Below are positions 9,736-19,235 of a stretch of 64,000 nt of DNA, one piece after another (within the stretch, counting starts at the first letter, position 1; each line of letters begins with the position of its first letter). Origin of the DNA: Desulfobacterales bacterium. GTDB taxonomy: Bacteria; Desulfobacterota; Desulfobacteria; Desulfobacterales; UBA5616. A program made the translations under genes and the position numbers. The stretch is from the NCBI GenBank assembly GCA_046483495.1, contig JAWODC010000026.1, positions 10,838 to 74,837 of the forward strand, in the 5' to 3' direction. The notes under the pieces were generated by a model, which saw only the letters and a program-made list of their open reading frames with translations, was not told the origin of the DNA and did not search any database.

Positions 9736-10490
9736 TGTCGAAAAACGGCAGAATACAGGGCCGGTCCGCCTGCCGCGTTCTCGATCTCGATGAAATGCAG
9801 GAACCGTTTTTTCGAAAGGTTCTTCAAGATCTGGAACACTTGGTATCACTTGAATCCGTATCCTACCTGCATCCAAGCAAACAGTGGGAGTATCCGTGGG
9901 CAATGGAACAGTCTTGCCTGACCGCCGGAAGCCGCGTTCTGGATGCCGGCTGCGGCGCATCCATTTTCCCGATTTATCTCGCGCACGAAGCGTTCCGGGT
10001 ATCCGCCGTCGACCTGAATCCTCCTGCCGGTCTTGACGAAAGGCACGGGGTTCGTGTGAATTATGCCGTGGGGGACATGACCCGGCTGCCCTGGAAAAAC
10101 GACGTGTTCGATGCCGTGTTCTGCATTTCCGTAATCGAACACCTCGACGTGATGAATATGCCCGCCGCGCTGCAGGAAATCCGGCGTGTACTGAAAGAAA
10201 ACGGAAGGCTGCTGTTGACGACCGACTTTTTCGCTGACCGCAATGCGAAACTCCGGTATGAAGGGCCGGGTGAAGCGTTCGATGTGGACTGGAACTTCTT
10301 TGACCCGAAAATGTTGGAGGAAGTCGTTCTGAATGCCCCGGGGTTTACGGTTTGCGGATCGGTAAGCATCGATGTGGACTGGACATCGGTCCGTCGACAA
10401 ATGCGGCGTTTCCACGGGTATCCCTATACTTCGGTGGGTGTAGCCCTGTCAAAAACGCCGGATGGACCCGATTCGGTCACTGGGCGATAA
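9732..10490 (+). CDS. Class I SAM-dependent methyltransferase
   Basis: WEYPW, VLDAGCG, FDAVFCISVIEH, RRVLKENG. Confidence 0.88.
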   Translation: MMSKNGRIQGRSACRVLDLDEMQEPFFRKVLQDLEHLVSLESVSYLHPSKQWEYPWAMEQSCLTAGSRVLDAGCGASIFPIYLAHEAFRVSAVDLNPPAGLDERHGVRVNYAVGDMTRLPWKNDVFDAVFCISVIEHLDVMNMPAALQEIRRVLKENGRLLLTTDFFADRNAKLRYEGPGEAFDVDWNFFDPKMLEEVVLNAPGFTVCGSVSIDVDWTSVRRQMRRFHGYPYTSVGVALSKTPDGPDSVTGR

Positions 10491-11193
10491 TCAATTCGCG
10501 GATAGTCGTATTCCCGAAAACAAGATACATTTCCGTGACGATTTTCGATCGGAGATACACTATTTTGTTGTCTGACCATCCCGTTTCCAGATCAAGGCGA
10601 ATGCTCGCATCACCGAGATCTATTCGGGACTCGTACCAAATCAGGATTCCTTCGATTGTATTCACCGGTGATTCAAAATGCGCTCGACCCAAGCCGTCGA
10701 TGACAGAAGAAAAACCCCCCGAATGGATTTTTTCCCCGGAATCCAGGTTGTAAACCTCCGCCCGTCCGGAAATCCGGATGTATCGGCCGGGTTGGATATA
10801 AGGAGGTATCAACTCGATAGACGGGGCGAATCGAATCGATCGGTTTCGTTCGAGCAGGTCTATGCGTGCGACATGGACGGCGCCTTCCGAGGTGCGGTAT
10901 AGGTCCATGCGATAAAGCCCCTGAAATTCCATTCTCCATTTGTTCGGCGAATCGTTCGAACGCTTCAAAGCCATTTGAATTTTTTTGCCGGCGCCTTTTC
11001 CGGAACGAATCAGGAAGACGGCCGACTTGGCATCGAGCGATACCAGATCACTGGATGCCAGGCTTTCCGGTTTATCCGCGGCATTTTGTTTGTCGGGTGT
11101 CTTTGCCGTTGCAGCTGTTGGTTCACCAATGCCTACGGCCGTCATAATAATTATCACCACCAGAAGAAGGCTTTCGCCATGACGTTTTTTCAT
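10477..11193 (-). CDS. Exported hypothetical protein
   Basis: SD GGAGG, signal-peptide-like N-terminus, beta-rich composition. Confidence 0.65.
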   Translation of the reverse strand: MKKRHGESLLLVVIIIMTAVGIGEPTAATAKTPDKQNAADKPESLASSDLVSLDAKSAVFLIRSGKGAGKKIQMALKRSNDSPNKWRMEFQGLYRMDLYRTSEGAVHVARIDLLERNRSIRFAPSIELIPPYIQPGRYIRISGRAEVYNLDSGEKIHSGGFSSVIDGLGRAHFESPVNTIEGILIWYESRIDLGDASIRLDLETGWSDNKIVYLRSKIVTEMYLVFGNTTIRELIIAQ

Positions 11194-11557
11194 TCCTGCT
11201 CCTTTCGTCGGTTAGTTTCCATTCGGAAACGGAATCTTCGGCCTTCCGGGTATGGCCGACCATGGGAACACGTCGAAGTGAAACCGATGTCGATGTCGGA
11301 AATCATCGGTATTGCCCGTTATGTTTATGGTATGGAATGAATCGGCTCACCGGCTATTGGGGAAAACCCGTATCACCGCCCTTAAAAGGATTTAAACACG
11401 CTTCGAATACACTGCAAATTACAGGGTTCGACCTATGTTACATTTGTCTTTCTTTTAATATCATCAGTATCGTTACACGTCTTATCATGGAAAAAAGGAC
11501 CCCCAAGCCGGGGTATCCGGTGGTGTCAAGAGATAATGTTTAAAGAAGGGAGACGAA

Positions 11558-11851
11558 ATGCGCGTCGGAACGGAAGACCAGGTGGACCTGAAACGGCTTT
11601 GGGAGCTTGCCAAAGAAGGGAAATCCGCTCAGGAGATGATGAAGACGCTTAATCTTCGGGACATGGAATCCCTGAAGCGGTCTCTGGATAAACTTTTCAG
11701 GGAAAAAGGGGAAACGGTTCATGTGCCCGGATTGATCGGGCGCGCATCGGTGGAAGGGAAACACACCCGCAGCGGCGCCCGTATCGACCCGCAGATGATG
11801 GGAAAGCCCGATCTCGGGCCGGAGGACCAGCCCGACCGGAAAGAAGAGTGA
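11558..11851 (+). CDS. Small hypothetical protein, possible HTH DNA-binding protein
   Basis: SD GGGAG; LWELAKEGKSAQEMMKTLNL is HTH-like. Confidence 0.6.
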   Translation: MRVGTEDQVDLKRLWELAKEGKSAQEMMKTLNLRDMESLKRSLDKLFREKGETVHVPGLIGRASVEGKHTRSGARIDPQMMGKPDLGPEDQPDRKEE

Positions 11852-11891
11852 TATACGGCATTGCCGGTTTTACCGCTTTGCTGATTCGGTG

Positions 11892-12512
11892 TTAAAAGTA
11901 TTGCGGCAGCATGGAAGCCAAATCGCCGGTACAATTGATGCACAACACCTCGGGCCCGTAATCCCTCACGGATATGATGCTCACGGAAGCGGGATCGATA
12001 TGCAGCCGAAGCATAAAGTCAATCGGGATACCGGCAAAATAGGAAACGGCCGCCTTGATCACGTCTGCGTGACTGACCAATGCCAGCGCTTTGCCGGGGT
12101 ATGCCTCCACCCATTCCAGCATCTTTGTGACTACACGGTTTTGAACCTCGGCGGCATATTCGCCGCCGGGAATTCCGGTGCCGCTTCGAAAGGTGTTGAA
12201 TCGCCGCCACCGGGCATCCTCCTTCAATTCATCGAATCGCAACCCGGTCCAATCTCCGGTGGCGATTTCGTTTAGGGCTTCACTGATGACGGGGTTAAGG
12301 CGCTGCGGTTCGGCAATGGCCGATGCGGTTTCCACGGTCCGCTCGAGCGGACCGGTGAATACGGCGGCCAATTCGACCCCCTGGATCATCGTGGACAACC
12401 GACCGACCTGACGATTGCCTCTCGTATTCAAGTGAAAACCTTCGCGCCGTCCGGCCAGCATGTTGCCGACCGCATCCGTATCCCCGTGCCGTATCATGAG
12501 AAACACTGTCAT
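11892..12512 (-). CDS. Histidine phosphatase (phosphoglycerate mutase family)
   Basis: IRHG motif, GPLERTVETA, VSHADVIK. Confidence 0.9.
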   Translation of the reverse strand: MTVFLMIRHGDTDAVGNMLAGRREGFHLNTRGNRQVGRLSTMIQGVELAAVFTGPLERTVETASAIAEPQRLNPVISEALNEIATGDWTGLRFDELKEDARWRRFNTFRSGTGIPGGEYAAEVQNRVVTKMLEWVEAYPGKALALVSHADVIKAAVSYFAGIPIDFMLRLHIDPASVSIISVRDYGPEVLCINCTGDLASMLPQYF

Positions 12513-12513
12513 T

Positions 12514-13464
12514 TCATTGTCTCCATGGGCTGTTGGGATGTCTTATTAATGTGGAAGGCGGAACCCGCTGATCGGCGCTTTCTTTGTCTATTACGTAACG
12601 GGAAATCACTTCGGCGGCAAAATCCGCAAATTCCGAGGGGTTTATCGGGGGGCTGGTATGGCAGTCCCGCAGTCCGCGGGAAGGCGGTGTAAAGCAAAGT
12701 GTCAGTGTGGTGTCGAACTCCTCCAGCGCCGCCATCTGGCGGTCAAACCATGCCATGGCATTGGGACGGTGCCAATCCGCCCAACTGATGCCGGTTCGTA
12801 ATTTTTTGACGCCGAGCCGCTTGAGCCAATTAATAATGAAATCGATTCGGTCATCCTCGAAGTGAAGCCATTGGCAGATGCCCATGCGTGGATCGAAATG
12901 GTCGATGGCCGGCTTGGGCGTCCCGTCCGCCCGGATCAATCCCATGTAATAATGCCGGTAGTATGAACTGCCTTCGCTTTCTTTATGCCGGGTTGTTGCT
13001 TCCCAGGCGGGCGGCAGATCGAGCAGGCTGTACCAGTAGACCCGATCGACCCGGTCCAGCAGCAGCTCCGTAGTACGTTTGATGCCGAACACCTGAACTT
13101 CATCCGCACCGAATGAGGAAACGCCGACTTCGGTTACCCAGACGGGCCGTTTGGCAACGGCTTCGATCTCCGCCACTTTTTGAGGCCATTCATCGATGCG
13201 CCAATGGTTCCAGTCGAGTGGGAATCCGTGAACGGCAACGGCATCGAGAAGCGAAAGTAATCCGTACCCGTTCAGCAGGCGCATAAAATTGGGGTCAATG
13301 GGAGAAATGCCGCCAAGCACAAGCAGAAGATTCGGCGCGATTTCCCGCACCCGCCGGACCGCCTTCATCGTCATTTCCGAATATATTCGCCATTCCGGAT
13401 CCATGAGAAAATCCCAATGGGATAAGTTGTTGGGTTCGTTCCAGAATTTGACAGCTTCAATCAT
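12514..13464 (-). CDS. Clan GH-A-like glycoside hydrolase ('beta-xylosidase'-like), apparently circularly permuted
   Basis: WNEP at residues 8-11, VWVTEVG nucleophile-like motif, LGVKKLRTGISW near the C-terminus. Confidence 0.75.
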   Translation of the reverse strand: MIEAVKFWNEPNNLSHWDFLMDPEWRIYSEMTMKAVRRVREIAPNLLLVLGGISPIDPNFMRLLNGYGLLSLLDAVAVHGFPLDWNHWRIDEWPQKVAEIEAVAKRPVWVTEVGVSSFGADEVQVFGIKRTTELLLDRVDRVYWYSLLDLPPAWEATTRHKESEGSSYYRHYYMGLIRADGTPKPAIDHFDPRMGICQWLHFEDDRIDFIINWLKRLGVKKLRTGISWADWHRPNAMAWFDRQMAALEEFDTTLTLCFTPPSRGLRDCHTSPPINPSEFADFAAEVISRYVIDKESADQRVPPSTLIRHPNSPWRQ

Positions 13465-13492
13465 TCATTCCTCCAGGTTTTGAAAAGTATTT

Positions 13493-14566
13493 TCATCCGG
13501 CGACCGTGTCGATGTACGACTCGAGTTCCGACACCCGACGCTCGGTTGAATGGTCCCGTAAAACCCTGAGAAACGCCCGGTGTCCGATACGGATGCGCTC
13601 TTCTTCGGCCGTCGAGCGAAGGAGATCGACCGTTTCATCGGCGGAACGGCTGACCAGTATTTCCTCTCCGATTTTAAAAAATGTATCCAGGCCCTCCCAA
13701 TAATCACTGATTACCGGTACGGAACAGGCCCCTGCTTCGAAAAGGCGAACGCTCGGAGAATATCCGGTCTGCACCATATCGGCCCGGGTGACGTTTAATG
13801 TGTACCGCAGCGAACGGTAGAACCGGCGGTGGTCGGCCGGATTCAAATGGTCCAATCGCCGGATGTTTCCCGGCCAATTGATCGTATCCGGATACTGGGG
13901 ACCGGCTATGGTGAACCGGCCTTGAGGCCATGATCGGGCGGGTTCGAGAAACAGCCGGTCGAGTACCGGCTGTCGATCCGGGCTGTAGGTTCCCATGTAA
14001 CCGAAATCGTATTCGGGTTCCAGGGTTTCCGGGTAATATGTGTCAAGGTCCACCGAACAGTAAAGGGGGCGTGCCATCGGCGAGCCGTATTCGGATTCGA
14101 TCATGTCCGGTACCGGGCCGCCGGTGAAGGATAGATACAGGTGAAACGCCGGTATTATGTCCGGATGAAGGTACTCGTAATCCCCTTTCCGGAGTTTGGC
14201 CAGAGTCACGGGCGTATCGATATCGTAAAACGCGACAGGCCCCCGTGCCCGATGAAGCACCCGTCGGCTTACATCCACGCCCTGGGGTACATATGATCCG
14301 ATGATGACGACATCGGCGTGTTCGATTTCGGATGCAAAACGATCTTCAAGATCTTCGATACTTCGGTAAAGCCCCACTCGCCCGTAGGGCCAATCGAGAA
14401 GGTCACGATTTTCGGCATACCACGGCACCTCGCGCTCCAAAAAAAGAACGTGGTGACCGCGGCGCGCAAGTTCACGCACCAAAGCCCGGTAGGTGACGGC
14501 ATGTCCATTCCCCCAGGAGGATGTTATCGAGAGCCCGAGAATCACAAGGTCAAGCTGATGTTTCAA
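13493..14566 (-). CDS. CgeB-like glycosyltransferase (GT-B)
   Basis: GLSITSSWGNGHAVTYR, YDIDTPVT, SPSVRLFEAGAC; start placed at TTG 14566 after AAGGA. Confidence 0.85.
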   Translation of the reverse strand: MKHQLDLVILGLSITSSWGNGHAVTYRALVRELARRGHHVLFLEREVPWYAENRDLLDWPYGRVGLYRSIEDLEDRFASEIEHADVVIIGSYVPQGVDVSRRVLHRARGPVAFYDIDTPVTLAKLRKGDYEYLHPDIIPAFHLYLSFTGGPVPDMIESEYGSPMARPLYCSVDLDTYYPETLEPEYDFGYMGTYSPDRQPVLDRLFLEPARSWPQGRFTIAGPQYPDTINWPGNIRRLDHLNPADHRRFYRSLRYTLNVTRADMVQTGYSPSVRLFEAGACSVPVISDYWEGLDTFFKIGEEILVSRSADETVDLLRSTAEEERIRIGHRAFLRVLRDHSTERRVSELESYIDTVAG

Positions 14567-14579
14567 TCCAGATCCTTTA

Positions 14580-15671
14580 TTAGAGCAAGAGGTCATAAAA
14601 AATCGTTTCAACCTGTACCGCGCGGCGGTCATACGTGTGGGATCCAAGAACCCTCGATTGGGCCGCACGACCGATATCCCGGGCTTTTTCCGGGGTCAAC
14701 GTTTGGAGATGCTCAATCACTTCCCGGGCATTTTTCGCTGTCAGGCATTCCCGGTTCGGCTCGAGAAAGCGATCGATGCCTTTCCAGTCATCGATAATCA
14801 GGCATGCCGCGGCACCGGCGGCTTCGAAGATGCGGGTCGGGGGAGAAAATCCATTCCGGGCCATACTTTCCCGGTTGATGTTCAAAACCGCGTGCGGGGT
14901 GCAATTGAATGCATTGTGATCCCGTGTGTAAACATGTCCGACATAGGTGATATTGGACAGATCCGCGGTATCCGCCGCCCACCCGTTTCCCCCGAGCAGA
15001 AATCGGTGCTCTCGAAGCTGTTTTGCGGGTGCAAAAAAGAATTCTTTAACCCGCATTTCCCGATCCGGCATTCGGTTGCCCATGAAGCCCAGGAGTGCGT
15101 TGAAGCGGTGATCCGGCCCGACGCGGAAATGAAGTTGAGGGTCCAGTGCATTGTATACCGGGACGCAGTCACGCGCACCCAATTTGCAGTAAGTGTTTAC
15201 AACCGGTTCGCCGCCGCCGTATGTCAGGATCAGGTCATACCCGGACAGCAGACGTCGAAACGGGTCGTCGGCATCCCGCTGTATCCGGTCAAGGGTGGCG
15301 GGTGCATCCACATCCCAGAAGATAACGGCGTTTTCGGGGGTTTTCAGCGAAAGGACCGCCTCCTCGAGCAATTGATCGAATACGCCGACCCCGCTGGTTT
15401 TGATGATAACGTCGGCATGCCGGCTTTCCTTAAGGGTGCTCAAGACATCCTGCTCGGAGTTTGCCGGGTACACCACGCTTCGGGCATACGGCGGATCGGG
15501 TATGTCCCTGTGTGCCTGCCGGTCGTAGGCATCCGGCTCGAAGAACGTGATGCGGTGTCCTCTCCGGTGAAGGGAGGATATCAGACCGCGATAATAGGTG
15601 GCGGCGCCGTTCCAGTATGCGGACACGAGACTTGAACCGAAAAAAGCGATGGACAGCAGGCGTTTGGGCAT
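14580..15671 (-). CDS. CgeB-like glycosyltransferase (GT-B)
   Basis: FGSSLVSAYWNGAATYYRG, WDVDAPAT, SPPTRIFEAAGA; start at ATG after GAGGAG. Confidence 0.85.
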   Translation of the reverse strand: MPKRLLSIAFFGSSLVSAYWNGAATYYRGLISSLHRRGHRITFFEPDAYDRQAHRDIPDPPYARSVVYPANSEQDVLSTLKESRHADVIIKTSGVGVFDQLLEEAVLSLKTPENAVIFWDVDAPATLDRIQRDADDPFRRLLSGYDLILTYGGGEPVVNTYCKLGARDCVPVYNALDPQLHFRVGPDHRFNALLGFMGNRMPDREMRVKEFFFAPAKQLREHRFLLGGNGWAADTADLSNITYVGHVYTRDHNAFNCTPHAVLNINRESMARNGFSPPTRIFEAAGAAACLIIDDWKGIDRFLEPNRECLTAKNAREVIEHLQTLTPEKARDIGRAAQSRVLGSHTYDRRAVQVETIFYDLLL

Positions 15672-15706
15672 AAGCTTCTCCTCTTCGAGTAATCGTAACG
15701 CCGGGG

Positions 15707-16861
15707 TCAACACGGCGGTATTCCCACAGTGCTTCTCGCGTGGTTCTCGTATCCCTGTTCGATCACACCGGCATAGAGTTCCAGATAGTTTTCGGCCATT
15801 CGGCGGATAGAAAAATATTCGGCACGTCGACGGCAGCTTGCCGCCACTCTTCGGCGCAGTGATTCATCCGACAAAAGGGTAAGCAGCACATGCTCGAGAT
15901 GATTCGAATCTTCCGGCGCAACAAAAACCGCCGCATCGCCCCAAATTTCGCGAAGCGACGGGATATCACCGAGAACCAGCGCACATCCGGCCATAGCCGC
16001 CTCCAGGGCGCAAAGCCCGAATGGTTCATAGCGCGCAGGCAGAACGAATATAGCGGACTGTGCGAGCTGCTTGCCGAGCTCTGGCGGCGACAGCTTGCCC
16101 AGCATTCGAATGCCGTCCATCTGTGTGCAGCCGCCCGACGGGTGCCGGGTATCCCCGGCTACGAGTACGGGGCAGGGCAGCTGATGGGCGATGCGGGCGA
16201 GCAGTCCGATGTTTTTGGCCTCATCCCATATGCGGCCGGCGGCGAATATCACTTTTTTTTTTCGTCCCGGCCTGAAATGGTTACCGCTTCTGGCATTGTA
16301 AATCGGATCACGGGCGGCAAAAGGACCATAGAGGCATTTCAACGTTTCCAGCATGACACGACTGGGCGCCGTTACGGCATCGACGTTTTTCAATCCTGTT
16401 GTGATCGCTGATCGATAATCGGCCCATTTATGCTCGGGGGGCTGCCGTCCTTTTACGGCGTGAAACCAGGAATAGACACATGAATGGGCGACGATCAGCA
16501 CCGGTGCCCGAAAGGGGAGTGCACCATGTGCGAATCCGTTGAGGTGAACCAAATCGGGACGAATCCGCTTCTCGATCATGAGAAGCCATTTGCCGGCGGA
16601 CGTTACGTCCTGCCAGGGCCTTTCCATCCATTCCAGTTTGAATCGGCTTTCAAAAAGAGTGATATTGGGGATGCTGCGAATCTGCTGTTTCTGTATCGGA
16701 TCCGGGAGCTGGCCCATTGTGGCGAGCGCCACTTCAATGCCGTATGGAGCGAGCGCCTCAGCCAGCTCGAGGGCATAGGTCCAGACGCCTCCGATGGTAT
16801 CTGCGGTCATGAGGATGCGGTCGATGCTCATTTTTAATCCCGGTGCGATTGGCTGTTCCAT
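15707..16861 (-). CDS. Glycosyltransferase family 4
   Basis: ILMTADTIGGVWTY, YEPFGLCALEA (Ex7E). Confidence 0.9.
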   Translation of the reverse strand: MEQPIAPGLKMSIDRILMTADTIGGVWTYALELAEALAPYGIEVALATMGQLPDPIQKQQIRSIPNITLFESRFKLEWMERPWQDVTSAGKWLLMIEKRIRPDLVHLNGFAHGALPFRAPVLIVAHSCVYSWFHAVKGRQPPEHKWADYRSAITTGLKNVDAVTAPSRVMLETLKCLYGPFAARDPIYNARSGNHFRPGRKKKVIFAAGRIWDEAKNIGLLARIAHQLPCPVLVAGDTRHPSGGCTQMDGIRMLGKLSPPELGKQLAQSAIFVLPARYEPFGLCALEAAMAGCALVLGDIPSLREIWGDAAVFVAPEDSNHLEHVLLTLLSDESLRRRVAASCRRRAEYFSIRRMAENYLELYAGVIEQGYENHARSTVGIPPC

Positions 16862-16864
16862 GTT

Positions 16865-17149
16865 TCAGCTGCGTGCCACGAATTTGAAAAAGCGGCTCAA
16901 ATCGCCTTCTTTCGTCCTTTCCTGGTAAAGAAAGGCAAGATTGGATTCTTCAAATTTGTCGAAAAATTCCTCCCATGATATTTCCTTCAAGTTAGGCTCT
17001 GTTTCATAATCGGGAAAGTGGATCCGCAGAATTCCCGCTTCCTCCTCGTTGCGGGATGTTCCTTCTACACTTGCGGGTACACCATTCCGCTCCTCCGCCC
17101 ATTTGCGTATGGTATCGTGATCGGTGGTTTGTTTGGATTCTCCTGACAT
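16865..17149 (-). CDS. Small acidic conserved hypothetical protein
   Basis: SD GGAGG; TTDHDTIRKWAEER and ISWEEFFDKFEE..LAFLYQ motifs. Confidence 0.8.
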   Translation of the reverse strand: MSGESKQTTDHDTIRKWAEERNGVPASVEGTSRNEEEAGILRIHFPDYETEPNLKEISWEEFFDKFEESNLAFLYQERTKEGDLSRFFKFVARS

Positions 17150-17172
17150 GGAAACCTCCTCATGCTGTTTTT

Positions 17173-18252
17173 TTATTGGTCCAAAACGCCGCTTTTTCGA
17201 GTCCTGCCGGAATGCGGCCTTTTATAGGCGGATGCATAAATGGACTCCAGGGCGAAGGCAACCGGTATGATCCCGGCCGCTTCAGGATCGTATCGCCGGC
17301 TTCTGCTCAACCGATTCACCCAGTCGACAGCCGACCGGCCCCACCAGGTGTCTTTGGAGTCTGCTGCGATCACCTCTTGTGTTGTTTTCCGGAACAGCTT
17401 GGTCTCGAAATCAAAAAAAGATCCGTTTATATTGGAAAGGCAGAGTCCGCCCTCACTGCCGAAAAACGCGATCCGGATTACGGCATCACAGCCGGCCGGC
17501 AAGTTCCAGGAACACGCCAATGTCGCCGTAACGCCGTTTTCAAGATCCAATCGGGCTGCCGCATAATCTTCGACCCGGACGCCCGGTCGATCCATTGCAT
17601 CTCCGTTGGAAAACATCCTGCCGGAAGCCGATACGGGTGCCGGAAAATCGAGAACCCACAGCAGCAGATCGATTAGATGGACGCCTAAATCCATCACGCA
17701 CCCGCCCCCGGCGGCGACCGGATCATAGTACCACGGTTTATCCGGTCCGTAGGCATTGTGGAAAACGAGATCCACGGCAAATATGCGGCCGATGTCACCG
17801 TTTCCCACCCGTCGGCGAATCTCACGCATGCCGTTCAGGTGCCGGTATGAAAGGTCGATCCCGATCAGGCGGTCCGCAAGGATTGCTGAATCGATGATGC
17901 TCCGGGTCTCCGATGCGGTCGTGCCGAGCGGTTTTTGGCAGTAAACGGCAAGACCGTGTTCAAGCGCTCGTACGGCGTGTTCAAAATGGAGCGCCGATGG
18001 TGTGGCGATAACCACGCCATCGATTCCAATATCCAGCATTTCCTGGAATGTTTCACAGACCGCGGTTCCGGAAAAATTTTTTGCGGCCTTTTCGGCGGCT
18101 GCGCGATCCACATCCATGATGGCCGCTATGTCACCACGGCCATGCTGCTGAATGGCTTCCAAGCGGCTTCTTCCGATCCATCCGACACCCAGAAAACCGA
18201 GCCGCGGGCGGGAAAATACATCCATGCGGATGGCTGTTGTCGTTTGTGTCAT
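17173..18252 (-). CDS. Gfo/Idh/MocA family oxidoreductase
   Basis: GVGWIG, IATPSALH, CQKP, DLGVHLID. Confidence 0.9.
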   Translation of the reverse strand: MTQTTTAIRMDVFSRPRLGFLGVGWIGRSRLEAIQQHGRGDIAAIMDVDRAAAEKAAKNFSGTAVCETFQEMLDIGIDGVVIATPSALHFEHAVRALEHGLAVYCQKPLGTTASETRSIIDSAILADRLIGIDLSYRHLNGMREIRRRVGNGDIGRIFAVDLVFHNAYGPDKPWYYDPVAAGGGCVMDLGVHLIDLLLWVLDFPAPVSASGRMFSNGDAMDRPGVRVEDYAAARLDLENGVTATLACSWNLPAGCDAVIRIAFFGSEGGLCLSNINGSFFDFETKLFRKTTQEVIAADSKDTWWGRSAVDWVNRLSRSRRYDPEAAGIIPVAFALESIYASAYKRPHSGRTRKSGVLDQ

Positions 18253-19235
18253 GGGAGAGCCAGAGCCTTTAAAAAGTTATCCGGCCGGCGCTCAAGCATG
18301 TAAAATGCATCATCCAGGCGATCCAGACGGAATGTGTGGGTAAACAGCGTGTCCGGCGACAGGCGCCCGGTTGAGACGGCTTCGATCGCCGTCCGGATGC
18401 CGTCTACATAGATCATCGGATCCCGTTCATGGGCATTGATGACATCCAATCCTTTCCAATTCCATAATTGCATGTTTACCGTCCGCAGACCTTCCTGGTG
18501 AAAGCCGGCGATGACCAGGCGCCCACGAACGGTGGTGATTTCACCGGCTAAATCGAGGGTATTCTGCTTGCCTGCGGCTTCGATCACCGTATCGCAGAAG
18601 CGGTTTTCCGTAAATTTTGCGACCGTATCGATGACATCGGTGCCGCCGTCCATGCGTATCGTTTTCCAGGCCCCGTTTCGCATGGCAATGTCTAAGGCGA
18701 ACGGCCGCCGGGAAACGGCAATAACACGTGCGCCGGCGTTTTCGGCCAGTTTCGTCAGCAGGGCTCCCTGAAACCCGATTCCCAGCACGGCAACGGTTTG
18801 CCCCTCGGTTATCCGGCTGCGGTTTATGATGTTCATCGCGCAGGCAAGCGGCTCCGCCGGAAAGGGTTTGTCATCCAGGAATTCCGGCAGATTCACCACC
18901 TGTTCTGCGGCGGCGATGTCGAATTCCGAGTAGCCGTGATAAGATAGAAAAGCCACTCGGGCGCCGGGGTCGAAATCACGCACACCGGCCCCGACTTTGT
19001 CGATCCGTCCCCAGGCTTCGTGTCCGGGAGCGCCGGGTTGGGCCGGATAGTCGAACCACGGGCTGCCTGACCATACCGGCAAATCCGAACCGCATATGCC
19101 GCATCCTTCGATTTTGACACGGACCTCGTTTTCCCGGGGTTCGGGAATCGGAAGGTGGGCAATGTCGAATTTTCGAGGTTCGGAAAGAACCGCGGTTTTC
19201 ATACGAACCTGCCGGAAGGGAACCCTTCTGATCAT
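18249..19235 (-). CDS. Zn-dependent medium-chain dehydrogenase (MDR)
   Basis: CGICGSD, GHE, GIGFQG; no 4-Cys structural Zn lobe. Confidence 0.88.
   Translation of the reverse strand: MIRRVPFRQVRMKTAVLSEPRKFDIAHLPIPEPRENEVRVKIEGCGICGSDLPVWSGSPWFDYPAQPGAPGHEAWGRIDKVGAGVRDFDPGARVAFLSYHGYSEFDIAAAEQVVNLPEFLDDKPFPAEPLACAMNIINRSRITEGQTVAVLGIGFQGALLTKLAENAGARVIAVSRRPFALDIAMRNGAWKTIRMDGGTDVIDTVAKFTENRFCDTVIEAAGKQNTLDLAGEITTVRGRLVIAGFHQEGLRTVNMQLWNWKGLDVINAHERDPMIYVDGIRTAIEAVSTGRLSPDTLFTHTFRLDRLDDAFYMLERRPDNFLKALALP

Noticed and set aside
10280..10383. Repeated CGATGTGGACTGGA inside the methyltransferase
   Set aside because: Two in-frame copies encoding DVDW; coding-level coincidence or an old micro-duplication
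14637..15635. 332-aa plus-strand ORF
   Set aside because: Antisense shadow of a CgeB-like GT; no motifs
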